Counted from the first letter of the stretch, positions 1 to 9,910 are shown. The stretch is 64,000 bases of DNA from Candidatus Moanibacter sp. (GCA_965215885.1 CBDCEW010000038.1:8385-72384); one strand, 5' to 3'. Notes: generated by a model from the sequence alone, not told the origin. Translations and numbers: made by a program.

Positions 1-72
1 ATAGGGGTGGGTCGCACTTCACGTTTGTGTCGGAGGTCGTGCAATTAGGCTAGACACAGCGCTACCGTCTCA

Positions 73-1044
73 TTGCTCTTAGTGAGGATGAGATTCGGCT
101 CCGAACCGGGACTGAGAGACAGACGGCAAATATTGGAACCTGGCCGATCTTTGCGGCAAGGCGGCAAGTCGAGCCGCTACCGCCTAACTCTCCTGATGTT
201 GATTCTCGCGGCAAACACTTTAGCCTACCCCTCCTCGCAAACCTTAGACGAGGCCTGGGCGTTGAATCGAACGCTGCAATTCAAGGAAGCGGAGAAGCGT
301 CTGCGGGACTACAAACCTAAATCGGGCGAGGAAACGTGGCGAAGTGCATTCGCCCGGGCAGTGACACTCCTGAGCGTGCAGCCCCGCACATCGGGCAATA
401 TTGAAAAGGCTTACTCATTGCTTGAACCGATCGTCACCTCGGCGGCGGGGGATGACCTGAAAGCGTGGACGCTTTACTACCGCGGCCGGATTGATCAGCT
501 CCATCGCACGGAACCAAATATGGCCCAGGCGCTCCGTTTCTACCGCGACCTCATCGAACTCTATCCGGAACATTTAGCATCCCAGTTGGCATTCACAAAA
601 ATGACCATCATTCGGCTTTACGCCGATCCCAAGAATCGGCCGTCGACGGAGACCTTACTGTCGCTGGAGAAAGAAGCGGGCTTTCTACAATCAGCATTTG
701 CAAGGAATCAGTTCCACACTGTAATGGCCGCCGGCTACCTCTTTTTCGAGCTGGGCAGGGAGCAGGCGCTCGAGCACCTCCTCGCAGCAAGGGCCTTGGG
801 AAGCTTTGAAATCATCGATCTCGGCAACGATTTCCTTCAAATCGCCAACATCGCCTATGAGCTTGGAAAACGAGACTTGGCGCTGAGCAGCTACCGGCGC
901 TTTCTTCAGATGCGTCCGGAAAGCTCCTTCTCGTTCATGATTAGGGAACGGATTGAAGAGCTGAAGGATTGGAGTGATGGAGCAGTGGAAGATTGGAATG
1001 GTGGGGTGACGGAGTCGAACCGGAATGGTGGAAAAATGGAATGA
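73..1044 (+). CDS. TPR-like helical repeat protein, probably exported (true start may be downstream of 73)
   Basis: Hydrophobic LTLLMLILAA segment and TPR-like helices (YYRGRIDQLHR, FLQIANIAYELG...ALSSYRRFL). Paralog at 63479-64000. Confidence 0.7.
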   Translation: MLLVRMRFGSEPGLRDRRQILEPGRSLRQGGKSSRYRLTLLMLILAANTLAYPSSQTLDEAWALNRTLQFKEAEKRLRDYKPKSGEETWRSAFARAVTLLSVQPRTSGNIEKAYSLLEPIVTSAAGDDLKAWTLYYRGRIDQLHRTEPNMAQALRFYRDLIELYPEHLASQLAFTKMTIIRLYADPKNRPSTETLLSLEKEAGFLQSAFARNQFHTVMAAGYLFFELGREQALEHLLAARALGSFEIIDLGNDFLQIANIAYELGKRDLALSSYRRFLQMRPESSFSFMIRERIEELKDWSDGAVEDWNGGVTESNRNGGKME

Positions 1045-1048
1045 TGGA

Positions 1049-2647
1049 ATGTTCCGCGGTAAGATAATCAACACGATCGGGTTCGCGCTGCTGGCGACGG
1101 CTTTCGCCTTTTCACTTTGGAATGTGTTTGGCCGCACCGCGCGCCGGTTCTCCGGTGACCGAAAGGTCATTCGCATGGCTCATTGGCGATTGGAGGGGCC
1201 GACCATTGCGGGTTACCAGGCGGTGGCGGACGCCTACATGAAGATGCACCCGGATGTAATCGTCCAGCAGAACCCGGTACCATTGCGTATTTGGCCGATG
1301 TGGGTGCTCAGCCGGATGATCGGCGAGAATCCGCCCGACGTCGTCAATTACCTGTCACAATTTATCGACGACCTCAACCTCGTCCGGCATTTCGCACCCA
1401 TGAGCGAGTACATCGATAAGCCCAATCCCTACAACGAGGGGACATCTCTCGAAGGCGTACCGTGGCGCGAGACTTTCGGCGGCGACCTCGCGACGTCGTT
1501 CAACGAGAGCCTGGTAGAGTTTTATGCGCTCCCGACCGGGTCGAACTCGATGCGGATATTCATCAACCTGGACCTTTTGGCCCGCGTCGACGGACCGGAG
1601 GCGCGTCTGCCGACAGATTTTCGCGAGTTTCTCGCCCTCGCCGAGAAGACAAGGGAGTATGGAGAACGCAAACAGGTCGATATCGTGCCCCTTGCCGGGT
1701 CGAAGGATCGTAGCTCGCCCGCGCTGGATCGCCTCCTCCAGGGACTGACGCAGAAAGTAGCGAGTAAGTGCGATTGGAATTATGACAACGCCGCCGCTCT
1801 CATAAACGACGTCTATTTTGGATATGTCGACGGGCGGTGGTCGCTCCGCGATCCGGAAATTAAGAGTACCTTTGCCGCCATTCGCGCTTTCAACCTTACG
1901 CAGGATCGCGGATTTCTGCAACGCATGCAGGACGAGGCCACATTTAAATTTCTACAGGGCCGCGCCCTCATGGCGCCAGTATTCAGTATCGATGCGCATA
2001 ACCTGATTGAACTGACGAATTTCGAGGTTGGAATTCTCGGGAGGCTCCCGTTTCCCAAGGCAGACGATCCGGACTACGGACTCGGCACCTTTGGAGCGAT
2101 GGCGGAGAGCGCGGAGGGAGTGGGCATTCCGTTTGTCTTGAGCCGGAATTCACCAAACTTCGAGACGGCCCTGGATTTTCTTCATTTTCTCACCAGCTAT
2201 AAGGGTAACCAGATCTTTACCTCTATCAGCCAGTATCTATCACCTGTCGACGGGGTCCCGACGCCGCCAGGTAAGGAGGCCTTTGTGCCGATTCGCGACG
2301 GGTATCCCCCGGGAATAGGCTTTTTTGATAGCGGTAATATCCCGGATGTTTACACCCTGTTTCTCGCGAATTTTTATCTGCTGACAGACCGCAACGGCGG
2401 AGTGGATGTATTTATCGAAACCATCGAGAAGGACTTTGCACGCCTTCTGGACGAGAATCTCGCGCGTCTCTCGAAGCGCCACACGACCGGCATCCGGCGA
2501 AACGACAGTTTGATCGCGGCTTACAGTCGGGTTGCGAACAGTGAAGATGCATTGCGATTTCAAACCCTCATCGGCAAGCAAAACAGCCAGGAAGCCAATA
2601 ATTACCGGCTCATGTATTATTTGGAACGCGAGGGAAAGAGGCACTGA
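1049..2647 (+). CDS. ABC-type sugar extracellular solute-binding protein with N-terminal membrane anchor
   Basis: N-terminal TM, IRMAHW, PNPYNEGTSLEGVPWRETF, DFLHFLTS motifs. ATG at 1049 chosen over 1025. Confidence 0.8.
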   Translation: MFRGKIINTIGFALLATAFAFSLWNVFGRTARRFSGDRKVIRMAHWRLEGPTIAGYQAVADAYMKMHPDVIVQQNPVPLRIWPMWVLSRMIGENPPDVVNYLSQFIDDLNLVRHFAPMSEYIDKPNPYNEGTSLEGVPWRETFGGDLATSFNESLVEFYALPTGSNSMRIFINLDLLARVDGPEARLPTDFREFLALAEKTREYGERKQVDIVPLAGSKDRSSPALDRLLQGLTQKVASKCDWNYDNAAALINDVYFGYVDGRWSLRDPEIKSTFAAIRAFNLTQDRGFLQRMQDEATFKFLQGRALMAPVFSIDAHNLIELTNFEVGILGRLPFPKADDPDYGLGTFGAMAESAEGVGIPFVLSRNSPNFETALDFLHFLTSYKGNQIFTSISQYLSPVDGVPTPPGKEAFVPIRDGYPPGIGFFDSGNIPDVYTLFLANFYLLTDRNGGVDVFIETIEKDFARLLDENLARLSKRHTTGIRRNDSLIAAYSRVANSEDALRFQTLIGKQNSQEANNYRLMYYLEREGKRH

Positions 2648-3073
2648 CCTACCCCAGGAACGCGCGACGGGAACCGACTCTGCCAAGAAAGTCCGAATCG
2701 CGCAGCAGTTCGACGGTGCTCACCACAGGCGATCCGGCTACCCTTATCGATGATATACAATATCTCTGTAGCTGGACCGCTATTGACCCTCGTAGTTCCG
2801 CTCAGCACATACGCGTGAACTTTACTTTTGTAATTTACTTATACTCAATTAGTTGTCGTATCTTTGCTGTGGAGGTATGCGGAAGCATTTCTCCCGCTTG
2901 AACCTCGCCACCTTGTTACAACTAGACCGATTGCTGCTTCCGCTGGCCAGCCTGCGGTGAGCTAGTCGAATCGTCGAAGCAGGCCTGCCCGCTTTCTCCT
3001 ACGGAGCAAGGTCGGAAGGGCGAACAGGTTTGGACGATCCTCCCATAGCCTGCACTGAGCCGATTCGAAGCGT

Positions 3074-3455
3074 CTGCACCGCATGTCCATCGTAGACCCA
3101 AGGCGGATTTTGGAGCGAAATTGGAGCTTAAGGGCTTTCTTTTAAGATTTTTCCCACGGTGGGCTCCGCCCCATACCACTGTTCTTGTCAGTGACCCTCG
3201 CTACCATGTTCGAATAAAGACTGGGTTGGGCTTTTCTCCTTCATTGATCGATCACCGCAAGGAACAGTGGTATGGCTACTGCATCAGTGGGTTAACTCTT
3301 TGTAATTTGCTTTCCATTTGGAGCTTCCCCATCGTCCTAACGCTTCCGCCTCTGTCAGTCTTTTCCTGCTCCCTGCACCAGGTTTGCTTCGCCCAGATGT
3401 AAGATCTTCAAAGAAAGCACCTTACGATCTAGGTTAACGCCAATACGCTCAGCGG
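3074..3455 (-). ncRNA. Candidate structured non-coding element, copy A (unassigned)
   Basis: Homologous to 59092-59465. 14-bp stem 3171-3184/3262-3275 extended by a second helix. No conserved ORF. RNA status is inferred. Confidence 0.4.
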
Positions 3456-3614
3456 CAGCGAAGTGGGTTCAGGTTCAGCTTTTCTAACACAGGCTGGCAA
3501 GAACCAGGGAGGTTCGGCGAAATCAAGAATTGTGGACTGACCCCAATCTTCCTACGAAAATGACTTGATGTGCGAAACAATCCAAAATGTAATGTCCAAA
3601 CTCTATAATTCGCT

Positions 3615-4588
3615 ATGATCTCATCACCGTATTACGCATTTCCCACCAAAGTTCTCGCACAGGCAAACGAACAGTTTCCCCGCCGTGACGAACCGAGCAT
3701 GGTCGAACTTGCGGACGACCATTGCCTCTTCGCCTACGCCAACCACGAGGGTCGGAGCGATAACGACAGATCGAATATAGCGGGCATACGCATTTCACCG
3801 GAGGGAGACCCCGTCGGCGAGGAATGGATTCTCGTCTACGCACCCGAAAACGGTTTCAACGCCATGTCACCGGCTCTGCGGCGTCTACCGGATGGCCGGC
3901 TTGGCATGGTCCACAGTTATCGCATCAGCACCAAGATCGCGGAACGGCATTTTCGCTACTCGGAAGATGAAGGCGCGACCTGGTCGGATCCTGCAATCGT
4001 CGCAACCGGCAACTATAAGACAGGTCGTCACGACAGTTTCACGATCCTATCGACGGGCCGATTCCTGGCCCCCTGTCACTGCTCGGAAGATTGGGATGAA
4101 CACCACCTGGATGTTCGCGTCGGCCGATCGGATGACGCCGGAGAATCCTGGACGCTGTGCGAACCCATTGAATTACCGCGTGTCCGTTGGCCTGACGGAT
4201 CGGGCAAAGGCTGGATAGAATCGGGATGCATTGAACCATTCGCTGTCGAAAGGTCAGATGGAAGCATCCTCATGACCATAAGAACGGCCATGGGCACCCA
4301 GTTTTTCAGTGAATCAGCAGATGGAGGTGAATCATGGTCGTTGCCCAAAAGCATGGAAGTGATCAGTTCGGTCGCTCCTGCCCATCTGACACGGATTCCG
4401 GGATCCGATGACCTCCTTCTGGTCTGGACTTCCAATTTTGATGTTACTCAATCGGGAATGGGCCTGAGGCACACCATTACAGCCTGTGTGAGCTCCGATG
4501 GCGGAGGGTCGTGGCCTCACGATCGGCGGCGCATCCTCGTGCACGACACTCAACAGAGCAACGATTATCCCTTCGTGATGTACAAAGA
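3615..4588 (+). pseudogene. BNR/sialidase-family protein, 5' part, interrupted by ISAs1
   Basis: Asp-boxes SEDEGATW, SDDAGESW, SADGGESW, SSDGGGSW. Frame resumes at 8407 after a 10-bp target duplication. Confidence 0.85.
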
Positions 4589-4612
4589 CACGGTATTTTG
4601 ATTCTCGGAGCA

Positions 4613-5494
4613 TTAGGTGATGATATTGATGGCCTTATGTAAGTTAAAGACGAAATCATCACAGAGTGCGGGAGTGGATTCAGCGCCCATGGAAGACTTG
4701 AGGCTGAGAACCAGTTGCCTGCATGCAGCAAGAATTCTGGCTGCGTTATGATTACGGATCATACATCGATCTTCATCGAAGAAGCGATCCCTGGGGTAAT
4801 GATTTTTATTTTCGATCGAGCAATGGTTGCGAATTTTCGAGAGGAACTGTTGAGGGCTCAAATCGGCGGGATCGAGACTGCTTACGTAGTAAGAGCGTTC
4901 AGAGGAAGGTTCAGCTTTGTTTGGATAATGGAAGGTGCGTTGCACACAGGCGAACTGGCGGGCATGGGGCAGGCCGGCAGAGGGAGCGCTTAGAGAATGG
5001 GTTGCTATTTGACGTATTTCGAGTCGCCCATGGTCATTGTCCACGGTTTGGTGGAGAAAAAGGGGGTGGAGCTGAAGAGATTCTGAGCGTATTGATGCAT
5101 GTTGGGCTGATTGTCTTTAATTTGAATAACATAGTCAGCACTGAGTTCTTCGACGACGATGTGGGCAGTTTCTTTTTGATTATGCATGGCGTCGAAGGTG
5201 AAGGTGGAGCCGTCCAAAATGGGCATCTTTCGCAAGAGAGTCTGGGCGGCGGTGATCTCGTTGGATTTATCGGCGGTAGCGACTTGGGCTAAGGTTTGAG
5301 CGCTTTGGTGATCGACTGCGGCCACCAGGTGCAGAGCCTTTGATTCTTCGGTGTTTGTGCCTTTGAGGGTCTTGCCGTCGACGGCAATATCGCGGGGCAA
5401 ACAGCCGTCTTGTAAGCAGATGAATTCGGTGAGGGTTTTATCGAAGAGCTCGGCCTTTACGTTTTGCAAGACCCGATAGAAGACATCATAGCAA
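4613..5494 (-). pseudogene. ISAs1 transposase, C-terminal DDE portion (two frames, shift near 5057-5066)
   Basis: ORFs 5005-5544 and 4613-5044 carry consecutive ISAs1 motifs in different frames. Confidence 0.8.
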
Positions 5495-7402
5495 GACCCC
5501 ATTCGAAAAGCCTTTCGAGCGGGCGGTTTAAGGTTCTCCGCCACGGGCGGACCAGCCTATGGCTGGCAGGTTTCGGGTTTTAGGCTGCCGGCGCTGCCGA
5601 TGAGCAGGTATTGAGCGGCCATCGGCGTGGCTTGCTGCACAATACGTATATTTGCCGCTGTCTGGAGGCATACTCATCCCGTGGTGCTTTTTTCTCTGAG
5701 CTTCAAAGCGGTCAGATTCAGGCTGCCTGTTCCAGTTCCTCCCCTCGGCGTTTCTTCATCAGTATGATGCGGCAGAAGTTGTAGGCCAGAACCTTCTCGA
5801 GCAGTTCATCGCCTACCGCATCGATGCCGCGGCGGCCGAGTTCGCCAAAGGCAAATCCATCTTTAATCGTGAACATCAGCGACTCCACTGCGGAGCGATC
5901 GCGGCGTGCCTCGCGATACGCCTCGCTCTCCCAGTCCTCGGGGGTGGTCAACTTCTTGCCCTTCGCCCCACTGATACTGATCTGCTTTACCCCCATGCTC
6001 AGCACCTCCTTGCGTCCCTTCGCCGAAGCATATCCGTCATCGGTGCTGACCAGTTCAGCAATGACACCGGTGCGCTTGATCGAATCGCCGATGGCCGGCG
6101 CCAGCTCAATGGAGTCTGCCGCGTTGCCTTGCGGTACGATCAGGCTGGTGACAAAACCGTTTTCGCTGCGAACCAGTTGTGGCTTGTACCCGATCACTGG
6201 ATTGCGGCTGCCCTTCTTGATGTAGGCCGCCGATCCGTCCGAGAGGCTCAGGACCTTCTGTGTGGACGGTAGCTTCTTTTCGTGAAACACCCGATCATGA
6301 GCATACTCAACAACCCGCTTGGCGTCGGCAATATCGCCCCTGATCTGGCTCAATGCCCGCTCCAGAAGCTCCCGGCGAGTGGGAGGCAGTGAATCCATCG
6401 ACAGGCCCTCTTCAAGATGGCTCAGTTCCCCCGTTAGCGAGTCGGCCGCCTTGCGGCCCCGCTTGAGCAACCGCCGGTAGTGTTTCTTCAGCTTGCCCTT
6501 CGACTTCGGTTTGCCCGCGGCCAGACAAATCTGAAACTCCAGCTTGTCCATTTCCTCCAGCCAACGCCCAACCCATCCCTTGCGAAAATCCTCCAGCCCG
6601 AAGACATGCAACTTCTGACCCAAACGATTGGCCCGCATCAAAAGACCGCTCAGAATCTTCCCATCGGTGGGCCAGCAGCTGTTTGCTTTCACCGAGGTGC
6701 TGTCGATCGTCAGCTTCCCGAAATCGTCCCATTGCTCCTGGAGGATAAACCCAATCTGTTTATCAAAGATCAACTCGCGGGTCGTATGGCTGACCAGGTT
6801 CACGTTCTCCAGAATCGTCGTCACCGCCGGCATTCTCAGTCCCCCGCTCTGCAAAAATCCGTACAAGCTCATCGACTCGCGCACAAACCGCCGTGCCGGT
6901 TTCGTGGTCAACGAACCCAGAAACCCTCGAATCATCACGAACACGTATACCGCATAAGCCGGCATCCGCGGCCGGCCTGCCCCAAGATTCAATTCAGCAG
7001 CCAGAATATTCTCCTCCTCGATGTCCAGCTCCGGCAGGTCCGCTGTGCGCCCTTCAAAGAACCTTCGATCTTCCAATCGAAGTTTCTTCTTCTCACGCGC
7101 ATGGGCGTCCAGATCCTTCTCGATCGCCTCGATGATTTGCGGCGCGAACCCGGCCAATTCTTCAACTTCATCCAGAAAATCACGGAAATCCGTGTCTGGA
7201 ACCGGCAGAATGAGGTTGCTAAGGGGCGTCTTATCGCTTTTGTTCTCCTCTGTCGCACATGTTGGCATGTTTAACTCCTTTCTTAATCTTAAGTTGTTAA
7301 ACACTAGCATGTTGCGACACTTTTTATCAAGCCAAAAAATGATTTTTCTCAAGTTTTTCTTGCGCCTCTTTGCGGCCAATCAGTAGCTTTTCGGATAAGG
7401 TC
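5495..7402 (-). mobile_element. IS5/ISNCY-like insertion sequence nested in ISAs1
   Basis: Imperfect TIRs GACCCCATTCGAAAAGC / GACCTTATCCGAAAAGC. 6-bp duplication TAGCAA at 5489-5494 and 7403-7408. Confidence 0.85.
5718..7268 (-). CDS. DDE transposase (IS5/ISNCY-like)
   Basis: IDSTSVKANSCWPTD, KVLSL, STDDGY, RSAVESLM motifs. Intact ORF. Confidence 0.85.
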   Translation of the reverse strand: MPTCATEENKSDKTPLSNLILPVPDTDFRDFLDEVEELAGFAPQIIEAIEKDLDAHAREKKKLRLEDRRFFEGRTADLPELDIEEENILAAELNLGAGRPRMPAYAVYVFVMIRGFLGSLTTKPARRFVRESMSLYGFLQSGGLRMPAVTTILENVNLVSHTTRELIFDKQIGFILQEQWDDFGKLTIDSTSVKANSCWPTDGKILSGLLMRANRLGQKLHVFGLEDFRKGWVGRWLEEMDKLEFQICLAAGKPKSKGKLKKHYRRLLKRGRKAADSLTGELSHLEEGLSMDSLPPTRRELLERALSQIRGDIADAKRVVEYAHDRVFHEKKLPSTQKVLSLSDGSAAYIKKGSRNPVIGYKPQLVRSENGFVTSLIVPQGNAADSIELAPAIGDSIKRTGVIAELVSTDDGYASAKGRKEVLSMGVKQISISGAKGKKLTTPEDWESEAYREARRDRSAVESLMFTIKDGFAFGELGRRGIDAVGDELLEKVLAYNFCRIILMKKRRGEELEQAA

Positions 7403-8301
7403 TAGCAAGGGGCCTTATAGCGGCCTGTTTTGGGGTTTTTCCAGGAGCGTAAGGCGCGCAATTGGGCTTGATTGAGATGATGGGCCAGGCGCACGATGCC
7501 CTTGAGGGTCTGTTTGCCGCACATCGTGCCGAGCACAATCATGCTCAGGACCGTGGCGAGCCGATATCTAAGGCCCGCTTTACGACGGAAGTCTTCTATC
7601 TGATTGAAGCGTTCCCACAGGCTGCTCATCTGTTCCACTTTGAGGCAGACCGCATGGGAGTTATCGGTTTCATTGAGCGCCTGGCTCTGTGCCGCGGGCA
7701 ATGGCCCTGAAGCGCGCAAAAGCTCAAGGGCATTAGCCTTGAGGGGTTTGACCCAGATCTGCTTGGGACGCTCATGGCGTTGATAGAAATCTTCGCGTTG
7801 GCGGCCATATCCCGCGCTCAAGCCCAAGGGCGTCCACCCGCTCGCTTCGTAGCAAGTGCCCCGGTGAATCTGTGGGTCCACGAACGTTTCCGCTACTAAG
7901 GGACGATAGCCAAAAGCCTCCTGCCAGTGATCGGCTAAGACTCTCAGGCACATACCCAACGTCTTGGAGGCCAAATTTGCAAGATCCACCCAGGGCAAAA
8001 TCAGAAAACGCCGGTTCTGTACTACCAGTTTCAATCGTGCATGCCGTTGCGCCCCGTCCCACCCGATCCATTCGTCTCGATCCTTCAGCCGGTAGGATGC
8101 GGCCCCCCACAAGAGCAGGCCCATCCATTGCCCGTCGATCTGCGCCACATAGCGCAGGGTCTCTCCTGCGCTGCCCGCACTGTGTAAATAATGATGTTGT
8201 TTCAATAGATCATTGAATCGCTCCTGCTCTTCGGGCAGGACCAGACGCAGAGTTAAACGATCTATCGAAGGATTCAGTTGGTAAGATTTTTTGTCTTTCA
8301 T
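7403..8301 (-). pseudogene. ISAs1 transposase N-terminal part (DUF4338/DruA-like domain plus DDE-associated domain)
   Basis: HHYL, RFLILPWV, NLASK, ETFVD, GTCY..SGW motifs. Removing the nested IS restores ...KAPC-YDVFYRVL in frame. Confidence 0.85.
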
Positions 8302-8406
8302 CCCATCTTAACATGACTGATTCCCTCGGGTTTGTCTAGCTCTTTTTTTATCTTCTTGCTTATCAGCTAGTTGCTTCCTGGAATCCTTTTACCCTGTGTA
8401 CAAAGA

Positions 8407-8524
8407 CAATGAGGCCTGGATCGTCTTGCGCCATTCTGAAGGTTCAGGTATTCTATCGAAGGCGGTCTCAAGCATCCTTATGCGCGTCCCGATCGACTGG
8501 TTCTACGGAAGCGACGGGTCCTGA
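8407..8524 (+). pseudogene. 3' end of the interrupted sialidase-family gene
   Basis: Translates NEAWIVLRHSEGSGILSKAVSSILMRVPIDWFYGSDGS*, matching the C-terminal RIPIEWF motif of the paralog at 19845-20963. Confidence 0.85.
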
Positions 8525-8604
8525 TCTCATGTGAGACTTCTCTGCCGTACAGCAGAGCGGATTCGCGGGAGGTTCCTAATGAATAATTTTCGTGGGATTT
8601 CCCG

Positions 8605-8683
8605 AAGTGGCACAGGCTTCCAGCCTGTGGAGTAATTAAATGTCTTTCATGACTTCTCCACAGGCTGGAAGCCTGTGCCACTT
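8605..8683. repeat. REP-like inverted repeat (GTGGCACAGGCTTCCAGCCTGT family)
   Basis: Long perfect arms. Second copy at 14964-15039. Confidence 0.85.
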
Positions 8684-8697
8684 TGCTGCCAGGAGTT

Positions 8698-9576
8698 TCA
8701 AACTGTCATGCGGCAGAATCTGATCCGGCAGCATCCTGTACGCCGGCTGCCACTCAGTGAAATCCGAAAGGCCGCTAAAATAGCACGCGCGTAGCGGCTG
8801 TCTGAATGCAGAACGCCTTCAGGCAAACCGTATGCACATTCCCGGGTCCAGATCCAAACCCTCCACATCAGGCGATTCATGTCCTCATACGGATCGCGTC
8901 CGTGAAAAAGCCGGTAATTATCGATAATGAAGGCCTCGCCGGAAAGTAGCTTGAACCGCGGGATAATATCGGCCGCCGATTCAACCAGCCTGCGCCAAGT
9001 CTTAATCATCTCCGAGTCCCGTTCAGGATTCGCGCTGTCGTCCATCGGCCGTTGATCCTGATCGCCCGCCATGAGCAGCATCTTTCGACCCTCAGGATTC
9101 ATCTTCACAATCGTGCCCATCGAGAGCTGCATTCCCGGTTCGGTCTGATTGACCTGCACTGTGCTAAGCGCATCCGGCAACCATCCGTATTCCGGATCAT
9201 CCCCGATCAGATCGAGCAGTGCGTAGCCGTCCACAAGAAAGGATTCTCCCCCGGCCTCACAGTGCCGGGCACAGAGAAGGAGGATATAGTCGGGATACTT
9301 TTCACCATAGGAGTACCCGTCCGTGTGGGTGTGCGAACGAGTTGCGTTCGAATGTCCCTCCGGTATGCGGTCTTGCTCGCCACCGATGAAGACTCTTGCC
9401 GCACTCGGCACCGCAAGAACGTCGTCGCCGAATACTGCATACGACGCCTTCCGCCCTTCCTCACCATCGAGTCCCAACCCCGTAAATATCGCTGCCCCGT
9501 CACTCCTGACAAGAGACAACGCTTCCAACGGATCGGCCGTTCGTTTCGGAACAACTCCGACACTGCTTAAGTCCAT
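8698..9576 (-). CDS. TauD/TfdA-family Fe(II)/2-oxoglutarate dioxygenase
   Basis: HTDG motif, GGESFLVDG, IIDNYRLFHGR. Confidence 0.85.
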   Translation of the reverse strand: MDLSSVGVVPKRTADPLEALSLVRSDGAAIFTGLGLDGEEGRKASYAVFGDDVLAVPSAARVFIGGEQDRIPEGHSNATRSHTHTDGYSYGEKYPDYILLLCARHCEAGGESFLVDGYALLDLIGDDPEYGWLPDALSTVQVNQTEPGMQLSMGTIVKMNPEGRKMLLMAGDQDQRPMDDSANPERDSEMIKTWRRLVESAADIIPRFKLLSGEAFIIDNYRLFHGRDPYEDMNRLMWRVWIWTRECAYGLPEGVLHSDSRYARAILAAFRISLSGSRRTGCCRIRFCRMTV

Positions 9577-9910
9577 CTCAATTTCTCCTCTGTCAAATCC
9601 AGCCGTTTCAACTGCATACCGCTTTCAATTCGATGAAAACTTCCCGCAACACTTTGGTCATTAGGACTCTATTTGCCCAGGCTGTTCTCAAAGGTGAAAC
9701 AAACGTCCCCGGACCCGCCTACACTCTGCCGTACGGCAGAGCTGCGGCGTGGCAAGGGGGCCGCCTGCCTCGGCGCAGTTGCGCTCGCGCAACGAAGACG
9801 GGTTCCACCACAAAGATCCTTGCTACGGGTGGATCGGGCGCTCCGCGCACGATGATGATTTAGAAACTCTGCCATCCCGTGCCTGTAGGCCGGGAAAGGG
9901 AATAAATAAG

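Larger units (their letters stand above)
4589..8396 (-). mobile_element. ISAs1-family element with DUF4338-fused transposase (itself interrupted)
   Basis: Ends CACGGTA...GATTC / GAATC...ACCCTG. Flanking direct repeat TGTACAAAGA at 4579-4588 and 8397-8406. Motifs AVDGKTLKG, KSNEI, IKDNQP, IENKNHYPRD. Confidence 0.9.

Noticed and set aside
965..1048. Functional repeat domain at the TPR C-terminus (DWSDG/DWNGG)
   Set aside because: It is explained by a TGGA-rich DNA repeat read through by the ORF, and it is absent from the paralog.
2750..2900. Integron attI/promoter remnant
   Set aside because: Only a vague AT-rich resemblance. No integrase or attC cassettes are visible.
3121..3402. ORFs 3121-3402 and 58920-59603 as a real protein family
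   Set aside because: Starts, stops and lengths differ, and the similarity is explained by nucleotide conservation around a stem. A small peptide cannot be fully excluded.
3400..3455. Ribosomal protein L20-like peptide (GVNLDRKVLS) on the minus strand
   Set aside because: Very short, has no start, and is not conserved in copy B. Treated as chance.
7403..8301. Druantia anti-phage system
   Set aside because: The DUF4338 domain is part of a transposase inside IS ends. There is no DruE-like helicase or other dru gene.
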